From NCBI GenBank assembly GCA_964348225.1, contig CAYGBM010000035.1, positions 9,425 to 73,424 of the forward strand: a DNA stretch of 64,000 nucleotides, in the 5' to 3' direction. Under the pieces are notes generated by a model. That model did not search any database. It was not told where the DNA came from and saw nothing but the letters and a program-made list of their open reading frames with translations. The stretch comes from an uncultured Candidatus Saccharibacteria bacterium. GTDB taxonomy: Bacteria > Patescibacteriota > Minisyncoccia > Minisyncoccales > CG1-02-41-26. Below, in pieces: positions 1 through 10,300 of this stretch. Within the stretch, counting starts at the first letter, position 1, and each line of letters begins with the position of its first letter. The translations under genes were made by a program, and so were the position numbers.

Positions 1-158
1 GAAACAAGTTTGGGCTCCAAGATCATGGCTGGCTGGTAGGGAATATCAACGATAGGGATACTTGAGAACAAGCTGGTTGCTATGCAAAAACCAATTGCAA
101 TTAAAATGGCAACAAAAAGAAAATACCCAAAGAATAATCTGTTATTGTCTTGCTCCAT
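1..158 (-). CDS. 5'-partial-in-window hydrophobic protein; ATG near 158, running off the window start
   Basis: Reverse-strand reading from ~158 gives MEQDNNRLFFGYFLFVAILIAIGFCIATSLFSSIPIVD... with no stop before position 1. TM-like. Not in ORF track because the stop lies outside the window. Confidence 0.25.
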   Translation of the reverse strand, partial: MEQDNNRLFFGYFLFVAILIAIGFCIATSLFSSIPIVDIPYQPAMILEPKLV

Positions 159-174
159 AAAAAGAGAGTGGTGT

Positions 175-1329
175 CTAATTTGATAATTTAGCAAGTAATT
201 CTTCTGCCTTGTCTTTCTTTTCCCAGGTGAACTCTGGCTCTTCTCTGCCAAAGTGGCCGTAACAGGCGGTTTTTCGGTAAATAGGACGCAAAAGGTCTAA
301 CTGCTGGATAATGCCCCCTGGTGATAAATCAAAGACCTGGGGGATAATTTCAACTAACTTGTGCTCTGGAATTTTGCCAGTGCCAAAAGTATCAACGCTA
401 ATTTCCAAAGGCTCTGTACCGCCAATCACATAAGAAAACCGCATCAAGCACTTTTCAGCCAAATCAGCTGCCACAATGTTCTTAGCAATGTAGCGAGCCA
501 TATAGGCCCCTGCTCTGTCAACCTTGGTGGGATCTTTCCCGGACATAGCCCCACCACCAACAGGCACAGCTCCTCCATAGGTATCAACAACAATTTTACG
601 GCCCGTGGCGCCAGTATCAGCCACTGGACCCCCAATAACAAACCTGCCAGTATTGTTAATGTAGAATTTTGTTTTTTCGTCTAGATAATCTCCACAAACC
701 GGCTTAATCACATTTTCCTTTATGTCTTGCTGAATCTTTTCTAAAGAAACATCAGGATCGTGCTGGGCACACATAACAACAGAGTCTATTCTTTTGGGTT
801 TTTCGTTCTCGTATTCTAGGGTCACCTGCGATTTCCCATCTGGTCTTAAATAATCCATTATTCCTTTTCTCCTTACCCTTGCTAACTTTCTTACCAACTT
901 GTGGGCTAGCATGATGGGCAGAGGCATTAGCTCAGGTGTTTCTCTGCAAGCAAAACCAGTCATCATACCTTGATCCCCAGCCCCCTGTTCTTTAGTGCCC
1001 GTGGTTTTCACTCCCTTGGCAATATCTGCTGACTGGCCATGAATAGTGTTGAATATGCCAACTGTCCTGTAATCAAAACCATATTCTGGTTTATCATAGC
1101 CAATGTCTTTTATCACATCTCTCACTAGGTTATTAACATCAACCCAGGTTTGAGTGGTAATTTCACCACCAACAATAACATATCCATTACCAACCAGCAC
1201 CTCGCAAGCCACTCTGCCATACTTGTCGTCTTTTAAAACATCGTCTAGCACAGTATCTGCAATAGCATCTGAAACCTTGTCAGGATGGCCTTCAGCCACT
1301 GATTCGGAAGTAAATAAAAAATTTTTCAT
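175..1329 (-). CDS. metK: S-adenosylmethionine synthetase
   Basis: [31 protein letters not shown]-terminus. [27 protein letters not shown] and DTYGG motifs are classic MetK. Track ORF extends to 1377, but the conserved start is the internal Met at about 1329. Confidence 0.9.
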   Translation of the reverse strand: MKNFLFTSESVAEGHPDKVSDAIADTVLDDVLKDDKYGRVACEVLVGNGYVIVGGEITTQTWVDVNNLVRDVIKDIGYDKPEYGFDYRTVGIFNTIHGQSADIAKGVKTTGTKEQGAGDQGMMTGFACRETPELMPLPIMLAHKLVRKLARVRRKGIMDYLRPDGKSQVTLEYENEKPKRIDSVVMCAQHDPDVSLEKIQQDIKENVIKPVCGDYLDEKTKFYINNTGRFVIGGPVADTGATGRKIVVDTYGGAVPVGGGAMSGKDPTKVDRAGAYMARYIAKNIVAADLAEKCLMRFSYVIGGTEPLEISVDTFGTGKIPEHKLVEIIPQVFDLSPGGIIQQLDLLRPIYRKTACYGHFGREEPEFTWEKKDKAEELLAKLSN

Positions 1330-1393
1330 AAAGCTTGCGTCCGTCCAGCACAGAGAAGCCTCCGGTTCTCTGCACAAGTCAGACGAATTTTAA

Positions 1394-2545
1394 TTAATTT
1401 TTTAAATAAGCACGGCTAAATCTTTTTTGAGCTTCTGTTTTCTCTCGTATTGAAATCTTGCTTTTTTGAATGCCTTTTTCCACAACATCCAAAAGTCTAT
1501 CATATTCATCTTGGCTCACAAAAAAGGGTGTGCCATCCTTGCCACCAACTGTAAACGAATATCTTGCTGGGTCTTCATAAGATGGTTTTGCCCCATATAT
1601 TAACTCGCTTACCAAGCTCAAAGCCCGAATGGTTTTTGGCCCAATACCCTTTAGAGCCAAAAGCTGTTCAAAGTTCTGGGGCTCCTGTGCTTTAGCAAAA
1701 AAGATTGTTTTTTCTAATCTTTTTAAATCAAATTTCTCTTCAAGCACTTTGTGCGAATAAAACTCAACATTGTTCAGCTCCATTTCAGCGAATCCTGGCA
1801 TTCTTTTCTGCTTTATTAAAGCATTTGTCTTTTCAGAAATCAATCTCATATCTTTTAAAAATGTTTTAGGCTCCTCTCTGACCAATTCTGTTGAAACGTC
1901 TTTGTTCTGTCTGCTTTCCCTAGCAGTTAAATTCAAAGGCTTAACCCTAGCTTGTGAAGCAATGCCAGAGTGAGGTTCTTCAACAAATTCTTTAATAGCA
2001 GGGGAGAACCAATGATAACGTCTTGCTTTTTGAATGTCTTGTCGCATGCCCTGTTGAACTACTGTCCACTGTCCTGATTTGCTGAAAATTAAATTGTGGT
2101 GATAGATCTGAAATCCGTCTTGAACTAAACTTGAATCTACCTTAGCTGAAATTTTACTTGCATAAACAAGCTTGTCAATTTTATCCAATGGCCAATGTAA
2201 AAACCCTCCCCATTCTTGAATGTGCTGAGGGGTTTTGCGGGAAGTAGCCCCTTTGCCACCACAAACAAAAATCCCAAGCTGGCTTTCCAACCCCCTGATT
2301 CCTTCTTTTACAGCCCCCAAGGTGGTAGTAGTTAGGCCGCTGGAATTCCAGTCAAAGCCAATCACACACCCTAGGCTTTGAAACCAAGTGGGGTCAGAAA
2401 GCCGCTTCAAAACCTCTTCTGGTCCAAATTCCTCAGCAATAGCCAGCATTATGCCCCGCGACAACCTTTTCATCCTCTCAAAAAGCCACTTAGGACACCT
2501 CCCCCAATCCAATGGAACTGTAGCAATACCTGTTCGCATCCCCAC
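1394..2545 (-). CDS. DUF763-family protein; GTG start, alternative ATG 2 codons in
   Basis: 383 aa. N-terminal block TGIATVPLDWGRCPKWLFERMKRLSRGIMLAIAEEFGPEEVLKRLSDPTWFQSLGCVIGFDWNSSGLTTT recalls the conserved N-terminus of DUF763 proteins. This is from memory, not a search. Confidence 0.45.
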   Translation of the reverse strand: MGMRTGIATVPLDWGRCPKWLFERMKRLSRGIMLAIAEEFGPEEVLKRLSDPTWFQSLGCVIGFDWNSSGLTTTTLGAVKEGIRGLESQLGIFVCGGKGATSRKTPQHIQEWGGFLHWPLDKIDKLVYASKISAKVDSSLVQDGFQIYHHNLIFSKSGQWTVVQQGMRQDIQKARRYHWFSPAIKEFVEEPHSGIASQARVKPLNLTARESRQNKDVSTELVREEPKTFLKDMRLISEKTNALIKQKRMPGFAEMELNNVEFYSHKVLEEKFDLKRLEKTIFFAKAQEPQNFEQLLALKGIGPKTIRALSLVSELIYGAKPSYEDPARYSFTVGGKDGTPFFVSQDEYDRLLDVVEKGIQKSKISIREKTEAQKRFSRAYLKN

Positions 2546-2853
2546 ACCAAACGAGCTTATGCTTCGAGGCTAAGTTTAATTCTATTCTTAAGCTGTCTCA
2601 AAGCTTTCGCTCGCAGTTTAAGATTATGCTCTCGATGAAAAGCATCTTGTTTTGCCCTGTAAGCTTCATAATAAATAAGATGCAATGACTTTCTCAACCT
2701 CGTCGATTCAACAAGTCCTAAATTATGTTCTTTAAATCTTTTACGAAGGTCGCTTGTGCATCCAATATATAAGTTACCATCCTTTTCACTTTTTAATATA
2801 TAGACAAAGAACATAATTTAAAGCTCGTTATGGTGTGGGGACGCATATGTTTT
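2536..2853. mobile_element. GIY-YIG gene enclosed by a ~23-bp inverted repeat (gcatccccacaccaaacgagctt ... aagctcgttatggtgtggggacgc). This is a filled copy of the ccccacacc/ggtgtgggg hairpin family.
   Basis: Left arm ~2536-2560 and right arm ~2831-2853 are near-perfect reverse complements. Uninterrupted copies of the same hairpin occur at ~32177-32210 and ~41761-41795. Confidence 0.5.
2557..2814 (-). CDS. stand-alone GIY-YIG nuclease domain protein
   Basis: 85 aa. FFVYILKSEKDGNLYIGCTSDLRKRFKEHN matches the GIY-YIG motif (Y-x10-YIG ... R ... EHN). Confidence 0.7.
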   Translation of the reverse strand: MFFVYILKSEKDGNLYIGCTSDLRKRFKEHNLGLVESTRLRKSLHLIYYEAYRAKQDAFHREHNLKLRAKALRQLKNRIKLSLEA

Positions 2854-2925
2854 CTTATGCTCTCTTGTGCTGTGCTTTTATCCTAACAAAAAACTGGCTC
2901 TTAAGCCAGCTGCACTCTATATGCT

Positions 2926-2960
2926 TACGTGTTTACCCTGTTAGAAATTTGTAAATTTCT
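2926..2960 (-). terminator. hairpin ccc(t)gttagaaattt-gtaa-atttctaacgggg directly downstream of the nif3-like gene; a second copy lies at 25808-25843
   Basis: 15-bp perfect stem just 3' of the minus-strand stop at 2977. An identical element follows the stop of the 25855-26463 gene. No clear U-tract. Confidence 0.35.
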
Positions 2961-2976
2961 AACGGGGCTTACTAGC

Positions 2977-3921
2977 TCATCTTTCCACTCTAAACAAACC
3001 AGAACAGGGGATAATTTCAATGCCCTTTTTCGCAAGTTCGTCCAAGAAAAGATTAATGCCTAAAGAATCAGAAGACATATGGCCTGCAATTACAACATTA
3101 ATATTAGCTGCCTCCGCCTCTTTTTTGTGTTCCTCTTTCATATGCATAGCAACAATAGTGCCTATGCCAGCTTGCGCCATTTTCTCATAAATCTTAGGGG
3201 TGGGCGAGGTGCCACCAGTAATTTCAGTCATCACAATCTTACCGCACCTATTTTCTTCTTTGCCAACAAAAATCTTAGGACCTGCCCCAATTTCAGCCGC
3301 TTTCCTGTACTCGGGAATATTCCTTAAGATCCTCATTAAATCCTCAAGCCTTTCTACATCTTCACTCTCATCAATCTTATCCTGTAAGAATTTTGCTGCC
3401 AAGTTATCAAAGGGAGTGTGCACGCATACCAGGTTAAACCCAAGCAATTTGGCTGTATCTACTGTTCTTTGATGATTAGCTGCATTAACGCCCCTAGCTA
3501 CCTCTGATATTCTTTCATTCATTAATCTTTCAGCAATATTTATTGGCACACCATATTGACCCAAAACATCAGACTGCAAAGCCATCACATCAGCCAGGTG
3601 GGCCAATCCCTTGCCCAAAGGATGATGAGAGATTACCAGATCAATTTCTCCAAGCTCTTTTGCCAATAAAATCTCAGCTGGCTCAATATCAATACCAACC
3701 AAAACCTTCTTGACGTCTTTATTGTCAGCAATATGAAGAATTCTTGAATCCAAATAAGGATTTTCTAGAGATTCTTTGTCAAAGTCTTTTTTGGCTTTTT
3801 CATCCAATTTTTCATAATTCTTTTTCTTGCGAGCCAAAAACTTCTTAACCCCTTCTTTGCTCCTGAAATCAGCCTCTATGCCTATTTGAATTGCTAAGTT
3901 GAATATTTCTTTTATTGTCAT
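2977..3921 (-). CDS. Nif3-like (DUF34/YqfO) dinuclear-metal-centre protein
   Basis: EIDLVISHHPLGKGLAHL resembles the NIF3 D-L-I-I-T-HHP motif. C-terminal VVIAGHMSSDSLG is like the GH..E block. 314 aa. Confidence 0.5.
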   Translation of the reverse strand: MTIKEIFNLAIQIGIEADFRSKEGVKKFLARKKKNYEKLDEKAKKDFDKESLENPYLDSRILHIADNKDVKKVLVGIDIEPAEILLAKELGEIDLVISHHPLGKGLAHLADVMALQSDVLGQYGVPINIAERLMNERISEVARGVNAANHQRTVDTAKLLGFNLVCVHTPFDNLAAKFLQDKIDESEDVERLEDLMRILRNIPEYRKAAEIGAGPKIFVGKEENRCGKIVMTEITGGTSPTPKIYEKMAQAGIGTIVAMHMKEEHKKEAEAANINVVIAGHMSSDSLGINLFLDELAKKGIEIIPCSGLFRVER

Positions 3922-4073
3922 TTTTTTTGTTTACCCTTATCTTTATTGTGAAGGTAAAGTTTTTCAATTTCTGCTTCTTGTTTTTCCAGATCTAAAATTT
4001 CCCGTCGAATCCGAGCTTTTTCTTTGCGAATAAATTTTCTCCGGCTCTTGCTGAGCCGTTTTCTTGCTGGCAT
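3918..4073 (-). CDS. small basic protein (51 aa), not in ORF track because <60 aa
   Basis: MPARKRLSKSRRKFIRKEKARIRREILDLEKQEAEIEKLYLHNKDKGKQKK. Stop overlaps the nif3 start in an ATGA arrangement, suggesting translational coupling. Coordinates approximate by +-2. Confidence 0.3.
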   Translation of the reverse strand: MPARKRLSKSRRKFIRKEKARIRREILDLEKQEAEIEKLYLHNKDKGKQKK

Positions 4074-4153
4074 ATAGGTAAAACAAAAAAGCATTTAGAT
4101 TGCTTCTCATAGTATGTTATATATTACCCTTATTTTGCTGTCTGGTCAACCCC

Positions 4154-5653
4154 TTACTCACCCTTGATCACTGCCAAAGGTACAAGTTTAGCTACTTTTT
4201 TGCTGAGCCCGGCATTGTGAACCACCTCAACAACTTCATCAATGTTCTTGTAAGCCAAGGGTGCTTCTTCAGCAATGCCCCGCCAAGACCGGCATTTAAC
4301 AATGATTCCTTTTTTCCTAAGATCGTTTATAACCTCTTTGCCAGAGATTGTTCGGGTGGCAGCCTTTCGCGACATTGTTCGACCCGCCCCATGAGAGGTT
4401 GAGAAAAAAGATTCTTCTCCCTGCTCTGTGCCGACTAAAACATAAGAGGCAGTACCCATGCTTCCTGGAATCAAGATAGGCTGGCCTGCTTCCCTATATT
4501 TTGCTGGAATTTCAGGATGTTTGGGCGGGAAAGCCCTTGTTGCTCCTTTGCGGTGAACCGCAACCTCGGTTTCTTCACCATCAATAACATATTTTTCTTT
4601 TTTAATAATATTGTGAGCAACATCATATAAAGCAGTCAAAGAAGCTGCTTTTTCTCCCAACGCTTCTTTCCATGCCTTACGGATAAAATAAGCTATCATC
4701 TGGCGGTTAGCCCAAGCATAGTTGGCGGCTGCTGCCATTGCGGCAAAATATCTCTGCCCTTCTTTCGAGTTAAAAGGACAGCAAGCAAACTCTCTGTCTG
4801 GCACTTTAATTTTATATCTCTGCATCGCTGGAATCATTGTTTTTAAATAATCAGTGCAAACCTGATGCCCAAGCCCCCTTGAGCCAGTATGAATCATAAT
4901 TACAACCTGGTCTTTAAACAATCCGAAAGTTTCTGCTATATTTTTGTCAGATATTTCTTCAACTTTTTGAACCTCTGTGAAGTGATTGCCTGACCCGAGA
5001 GTGCCTACCTGGTCTCTGCCCCTCTCCTTTGCCCTGTCGGAAACAGCAGAAGCATCAGCCCAGCCTAGCTTTCCTCCTCCTTCGCAATTCTCAATATCTT
5101 CTTTCTCTCCATATCCTTTCTCCACCAAATGCTCTGCCCCTTTTTTTAAAATCTTATCTATCTGCTCAACGGACAGCTTTACCTGCCTGCCCCTGCCCAA
5201 GCCTGAAGGAACTTTTTCTTGAATTCCATCAGCTAGTTTTTCTAAATAAGGCTTGATATCCGCTTCTTTGCAATTAGATTTCAACAATTTCATCCCGCAA
5301 TTCAAATCAAAACCCGCCGCGCCAGGTGAAACAACCCCATCGGAAATTCTTACAGCTCCCACAAATCCAATAGGCACGCTGTAGCCTTCATGACAGTCAG
5401 GCATAGCTATAGCGTATTTCACAATTCCGGGCAGGGTAGTGCTGTTTATCAGCTGGGGTATTGACCTATCCCGGAAAATTTCTTCAAGCATCTTTTCTGA
5501 AGCATAAATACGGGCTGGCACCCGCATATCAGCCCGGAAGTCTTTTGGAATCTCCCATAAATAATCATTTACCTTGTTAAACTGCGGCTTTACAGCCCCA
5601 CCTTCGGTGGGTTTAACAGGGTGAATTTTCCTGAAATCTTTTTTGGAAATCAT
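4154..5653 (-). CDS. rtcB: RNA-splicing ligase RtcB (3'-phosphate/5'-hydroxyl nucleic acid ligase)
   Basis: MIHTGSRGLGHQVCTDYL and STSHGAGRTMSR motifs. 499 aa, no intein-sized insertion. Confidence 0.9.
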   Translation of the reverse strand: MISKKDFRKIHPVKPTEGGAVKPQFNKVNDYLWEIPKDFRADMRVPARIYASEKMLEEIFRDRSIPQLINSTTLPGIVKYAIAMPDCHEGYSVPIGFVGAVRISDGVVSPGAAGFDLNCGMKLLKSNCKEADIKPYLEKLADGIQEKVPSGLGRGRQVKLSVEQIDKILKKGAEHLVEKGYGEKEDIENCEGGGKLGWADASAVSDRAKERGRDQVGTLGSGNHFTEVQKVEEISDKNIAETFGLFKDQVVIMIHTGSRGLGHQVCTDYLKTMIPAMQRYKIKVPDREFACCPFNSKEGQRYFAAMAAAANYAWANRQMIAYFIRKAWKEALGEKAASLTALYDVAHNIIKKEKYVIDGEETEVAVHRKGATRAFPPKHPEIPAKYREAGQPILIPGSMGTASYVLVGTEQGEESFFSTSHGAGRTMSRKAATRTISGKEVINDLRKKGIIVKCRSWRGIAEEAPLAYKNIDEVVEVVHNAGLSKKVAKLVPLAVIKGE

Positions 5654-5734
5654 ATATGTCTAAGACCCAACATTTAAATAGTGGGCTCAAAAAACAAAAG
5701 CTGAAGCTTAAAAACTAATCCCCATAAAAAGAGG

Positions 5735-7135
5735 TTATCTTAAATGTTTTAGATGGGTCTTCTTCACCTGCTGTAATAATTCATTTACTCTGTCGCTAAT
5801 TTTCACTTGGTAGGGGTAATCCTTGTCTAGTTCTAACATTCTTGCTGGAATTTTCTTAACCTGTTCCTTAAGATAGTCTTTAATTTCATCTAAGGAGGGT
5901 TGTTTGTAAACCAACTTGCCCCTTTCCATCATTTTCTTTAAAAGTGGTTCTCCCAGTGCCTCTTCTTCCAAGCCGATAATGTCCTTTTCTAACTTCCCGC
6001 CTTTTCTATAAACCCTAAAAACCTGCTTTCTGCCAGGCAAACTCATCTTGCCCGCTGCCAATTTAGCAACATAGGTAATCTTGTCTCTATCCCTTAGTTC
6101 CGCTACCTTATATACTACCTCTAGTTTCGGTGAGTCTGATAAGGTCATATACTCTGTGGCTAAAGCTACATTATCGCAAGGCACATTTTCCTTAGCTAAC
6201 CTATCAATCTTGTATTCATCCATGTTTGTAGCAACAAAAATCTTTACATAATCCAGCTTATTTTTGTCCAATTCTTTCCTCGCATACCTGGCCCAATGGG
6301 CAATATCTCCGCTGTCAATAAAAATGGAGTAGAGCCTGTGTTTTTCCTTGGCTAATTTTTTAGCTACCTTGATAGCATTTTTAATGCCCTGCTCAGTATC
6401 ATAGGTGTCTACCATAAAAGAAGCGCTATCAGGAGCGAACTGAGCCGCTGCCTCCATTGCTTCTATTTCTGAAGGAAAAGACTTAATGAAAAAATGCTGA
6501 GTAGTGGTATGCGGCCTGCGACGTATTTTCATCTGGTATTTCTTAGGCACCAAAGGAGTAACAGCAACAGACATACCCGCTAGATAAGCAGCACGGCTGG
6601 CTTTCATGCCCGATTCAAAAGAATGGGAACGTAAGGGACCAGTAGCCATAGAGAACTTGCCTTGGCTGGCCAATACCGAACGCACCGCCTTAGTCAAAAA
6701 AGGGACGTTGGAAGCAGCAATATTAATTAAAGCGGCCTCAACTAAAGCAGCGTCAATAATGGGAGCAGTTACCCTGACCATTGGCTCTCCCGGAAAAAAA
6801 GGAGTGCCCTCTTCCATTGCGTAGACCGTGCCTCCGAAACCAAACTTCCTGAGATAGCGGGCAAATTCTTGGCTAATAATGCCTAATTTCATTAGGTATT
6901 TGACGTCTGACTCAGAAAAGCTTAGGTTCGATAAATAATTGAGTATCTCCTCCAAGCCACAAAAAAGCATATAGTTGCGGCGGTTGAACTTCCTAATTGT
7001 TAAATCAAACGTGGCTACCTGTTGAGCCATGCCCTTAGCTAGCCAAATAGAGCCTTCAGTAAAGGTATGAGCCATTGGTATTAAGGGCAAATCCTTTTGT
7101 TGTACAAAATGGGGATGAAGAAGCTTATCTTTCAT
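5735..7135 (-). CDS. pncB: nicotinate phosphoribosyltransferase
   Basis: 466 aa. The N-terminal arrangement (NRRNYMLFCGLEEILNYLSNLSFSESDVKYL) parallels the NAPRTase N-domain. Size and overall layout fit PncB. Confidence 0.6.
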   Translation of the reverse strand: MKDKLLHPHFVQQKDLPLIPMAHTFTEGSIWLAKGMAQQVATFDLTIRKFNRRNYMLFCGLEEILNYLSNLSFSESDVKYLMKLGIISQEFARYLRKFGFGGTVYAMEEGTPFFPGEPMVRVTAPIIDAALVEAALINIAASNVPFLTKAVRSVLASQGKFSMATGPLRSHSFESGMKASRAAYLAGMSVAVTPLVPKKYQMKIRRRPHTTTQHFFIKSFPSEIEAMEAAAQFAPDSASFMVDTYDTEQGIKNAIKVAKKLAKEKHRLYSIFIDSGDIAHWARYARKELDKNKLDYVKIFVATNMDEYKIDRLAKENVPCDNVALATEYMTLSDSPKLEVVYKVAELRDRDKITYVAKLAAGKMSLPGRKQVFRVYRKGGKLEKDIIGLEEEALGEPLLKKMMERGKLVYKQPSLDEIKDYLKEQVKKIPARMLELDKDYPYQVKISDRVNELLQQVKKTHLKHLR

Positions 7136-7202
7136 ACTCTTTAAAAATCTTTCTTTAGCTATTTTAATCTAAATATCTTCTAACGTAAAGCTAAGGGATG
7201 AG

Positions 7203-7247
7203 CAAAAAACGAAAACAGGGGAAAGCTTTTAGTCTTTCTCCTGTTTT
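7203..7247 (-). terminator. intrinsic terminator of the 1593-aa gene
   Basis: On the minus strand: aacaggagaaagacuaaaagcuuuccccuguu followed by uuucguuuuuu. Confidence 0.5.
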
Positions 7248-7314
7248 CACCAAAACACCCAAGAGAGAAAAGAAATCTCCACCTTATAGTTCGGGCTCTT
7301 TCTTGTTTCTTTTA

Positions 7315-10300
7315 TTAAGCGACAATATTAATAACTAAACTAACAACGACCCTGGCGATTAAAACAATGGCAAAACCAACAATCGCCCAAACAACAGTGA
7401 GCTTGCCCCGACGGGCTTTTTCTGGAATACCCGCTGAAGTCATCAGCAAGATAGCGCCTAAGATAATCATTATTGGTGCAATAACAGCTGCAATATAGAA
7501 AATCCACTTAACAACCCGATCAACAATCTCCCAGATGCCAGGCACAGGAATTGGAGGACAAATCACTGTCTGCCCGTCTTCAGCACAAACTCCTGCCCTA
7601 CCCCTTGTTCTTACCCTTGTTTCATTGTCCAGCATACCTATCTCACAATCGTCGTCTGGATCGCAAGCGCACTGCAACCCTGCACTGATATCACAACCCA
7701 TATTTGGCTTAACTGAGCTGATGTTTGAGCCACAACATACCTCTCCTTTTTTGCCCGGTGTACCTGGTTCATCAAGGGCAGCAGCAGCACCGAATAACAA
7801 AGCATGCCCTGAAAAAGAAGTTGTCTGAACAGTAACAGTGTTATTATTCTTATCAATGGTGGCTGGCAGAACATTCCATTGGCTTGTGGATTCATTAAAC
7901 TTAGCAAAAACCAAGCTGTCTTCATCAATTAAGGGATTTTCAGCATACGTAATTGAAACGGTAACGGGCTGAAGAAAGGAAAAGACTCTTTGAGAACCAG
8001 CAATTGCTTTTAGGTCATAAACCACGCCGTTGACTATGAACTTGCCAACAGCCGAGGCAGCATTTAATTCTGACTGGCTGGCTGTCCGTTTTGTCATAAC
8101 AACAACAACGTCTTCTGCAACAGCATTTGATGGAAAAATCACTTTTATATTTCCGTCTGCACTATTGACAGTACCTCCTCCAACACCAATATCGCCTTCA
8201 TTAACTTCCGGCTCAGCGCCCAGGCATTTAGCGCAATAAGATCCGCGTCTATCCTCCCCAAAACAGTAATAGTCCTGGGTTAATATCTGAATATCAAGGC
8301 CGCCGGGACAAACGGCATCGCTTAAAGGAATAGGATTAACAACGCACTGATAATCAGTTCCATATTGGTGAGAGCAGTTAATTAAAGATGGAGCTCCGGG
8401 CCCTAAACATTTCACACAGTAATGAGCCTTGATGGTGCCTTCAAGACAGTATTGGTCATTAGTTAATATTTTAATATCAAGCCCATCGGGACAAACAGTA
8501 TCACTAAAGGGAATTGGGTTGCTGATACATTTATAATCAGGACCATATTGCTCACCGCAATAAATACCTGAGGGTAATTCCGGCGGTTTTTCTTTGGGTA
8601 CAACATTTAAGGTAATTGTTTGGGTCTCTCCCTGAGCAGTAAATATTTTAACTGAAGAGCCGTCTTCCATTAAATAATTGGCTACCTCTACTGCATATCT
8701 CCTGCCATCTGTCACAACTATTGAACAAGGCTCTCCTCCAGGGCCGGTTTGGCGGACAGCAGCAGTGCAACTGCCAGGCCCTAAATAATCTTCTTCCCGG
8801 CAAAGCTTGACGATTGCATTGGGCACTGGAGTATTTTTTTCAATATCAATTACCTCAAAGCTAACTTTTGTCAGGCTGATATCAGGCAGGCAGGCAAAAC
8901 AATAATACTGGGGAAGACCGTTATAATCTAAACAATACTGCTCCCTTTCTGCTGCATGGCACTTATCTACACATTTTTCTTTACAATCATAGTAATCACT
9001 CCTGCTTTCTTCTTTTAAGTGAGCACATTGATTTTTACAATCGGTTGTACAGCTAAAATCCTTTTCTAAAGGAAAAACATCAACCTCTAAACCGCATTCT
9101 GCTCTTGCCTTCTCAACACTTAAGCAAGTGTATCCATCAGGGCAATCCACTGGCTCTTTATCTTCAACCCTGGTTAATTTCAGCCAAATGGTATCTCGCA
9201 TATTGGGAAACGTGTCAAAGGCACGATACCCCCCGTAATCAATATAGCCTTCAGCTGAACCCTTTGCATAATATTTACAATAAGGACATAATTGAACTTC
9301 GCAAGCTCCATTCTTTGAAGTATAGGGTCGGCTCACACAGGATGCTGCTTCTCCTCCCAAGGCAGCAGCAAAAAATACCTTAACTTCTGCCCCAACCACT
9401 GGTTGGCTGACATCATCCACTTTTTCATAGGTTCTAAATTGTACTTGTACGCGCTCTTCTTCTGAGCAAGCATTATATTGGCAAGCATCAGGATCTTGGC
9501 GCATATTGACATCAACTGTCATATAGCTACCGCTTGTTCGGAAAGGCTTGGGACAGTCTGTGCAAAGATAACCATGCGCTTCTGCTTGAACTATATAATC
9601 GGTTTCAGGCACTAAAATTACACTGCAGTAGCCATTATTTCCCTGGCAGCCAGTGACAAAATCGCCTGCTGCTGTAAAAACCTGGACATTAACATTAGGA
9701 ATTCTTTCTATGCCATAAGATGACCTGATAGCAACCAGGAAACCTGTTAGAGTTTCTGTTGGTGCTATAATCTCTTTTGGCTTTAAATAAACTGTTTGAC
9801 CAGGCAAAGCAGTGAAGCCAACCACACAAGCAGTGCCCTGGCATTCATAATTATCCTCCTGGACAAAGGCAGTGTATCTTTGAGTTTCAGCTAGCTTAAC
9901 AGAGCAGGCTCCAGCTCCATCAGTAACACAAGAACCTTTTTCTTTGTCCAAATCACTTCCTTCAACTACCTTAACCAAAACACCAGCTACTGGCTCTCCG
10001 GTTGCTGCTTCCTGTACCTGAAAAGGAACATCGACTATTTCCAGACATAAATTAGGAAGGGGCCAAGTCCGGTCAATAAACACACAACCACCCGTGCCCT
10101 TGCCAAGCTCGTTCAAACATTCATACTCATCACAGACATTGCTAAAAAAGCCATCGCCGCAGGCATCACAGGTGCGTGAAAGAGTAGAACATTCTGCAAC
10201 AACAGCAGAACCACTAGGGTCTCTGACTGCGTTATAAGAAGGTCCTACTGAAAACTGATAACTTTTGCCAGGCTCAAGATTGTTAAAAGTCCAGGAGGCT

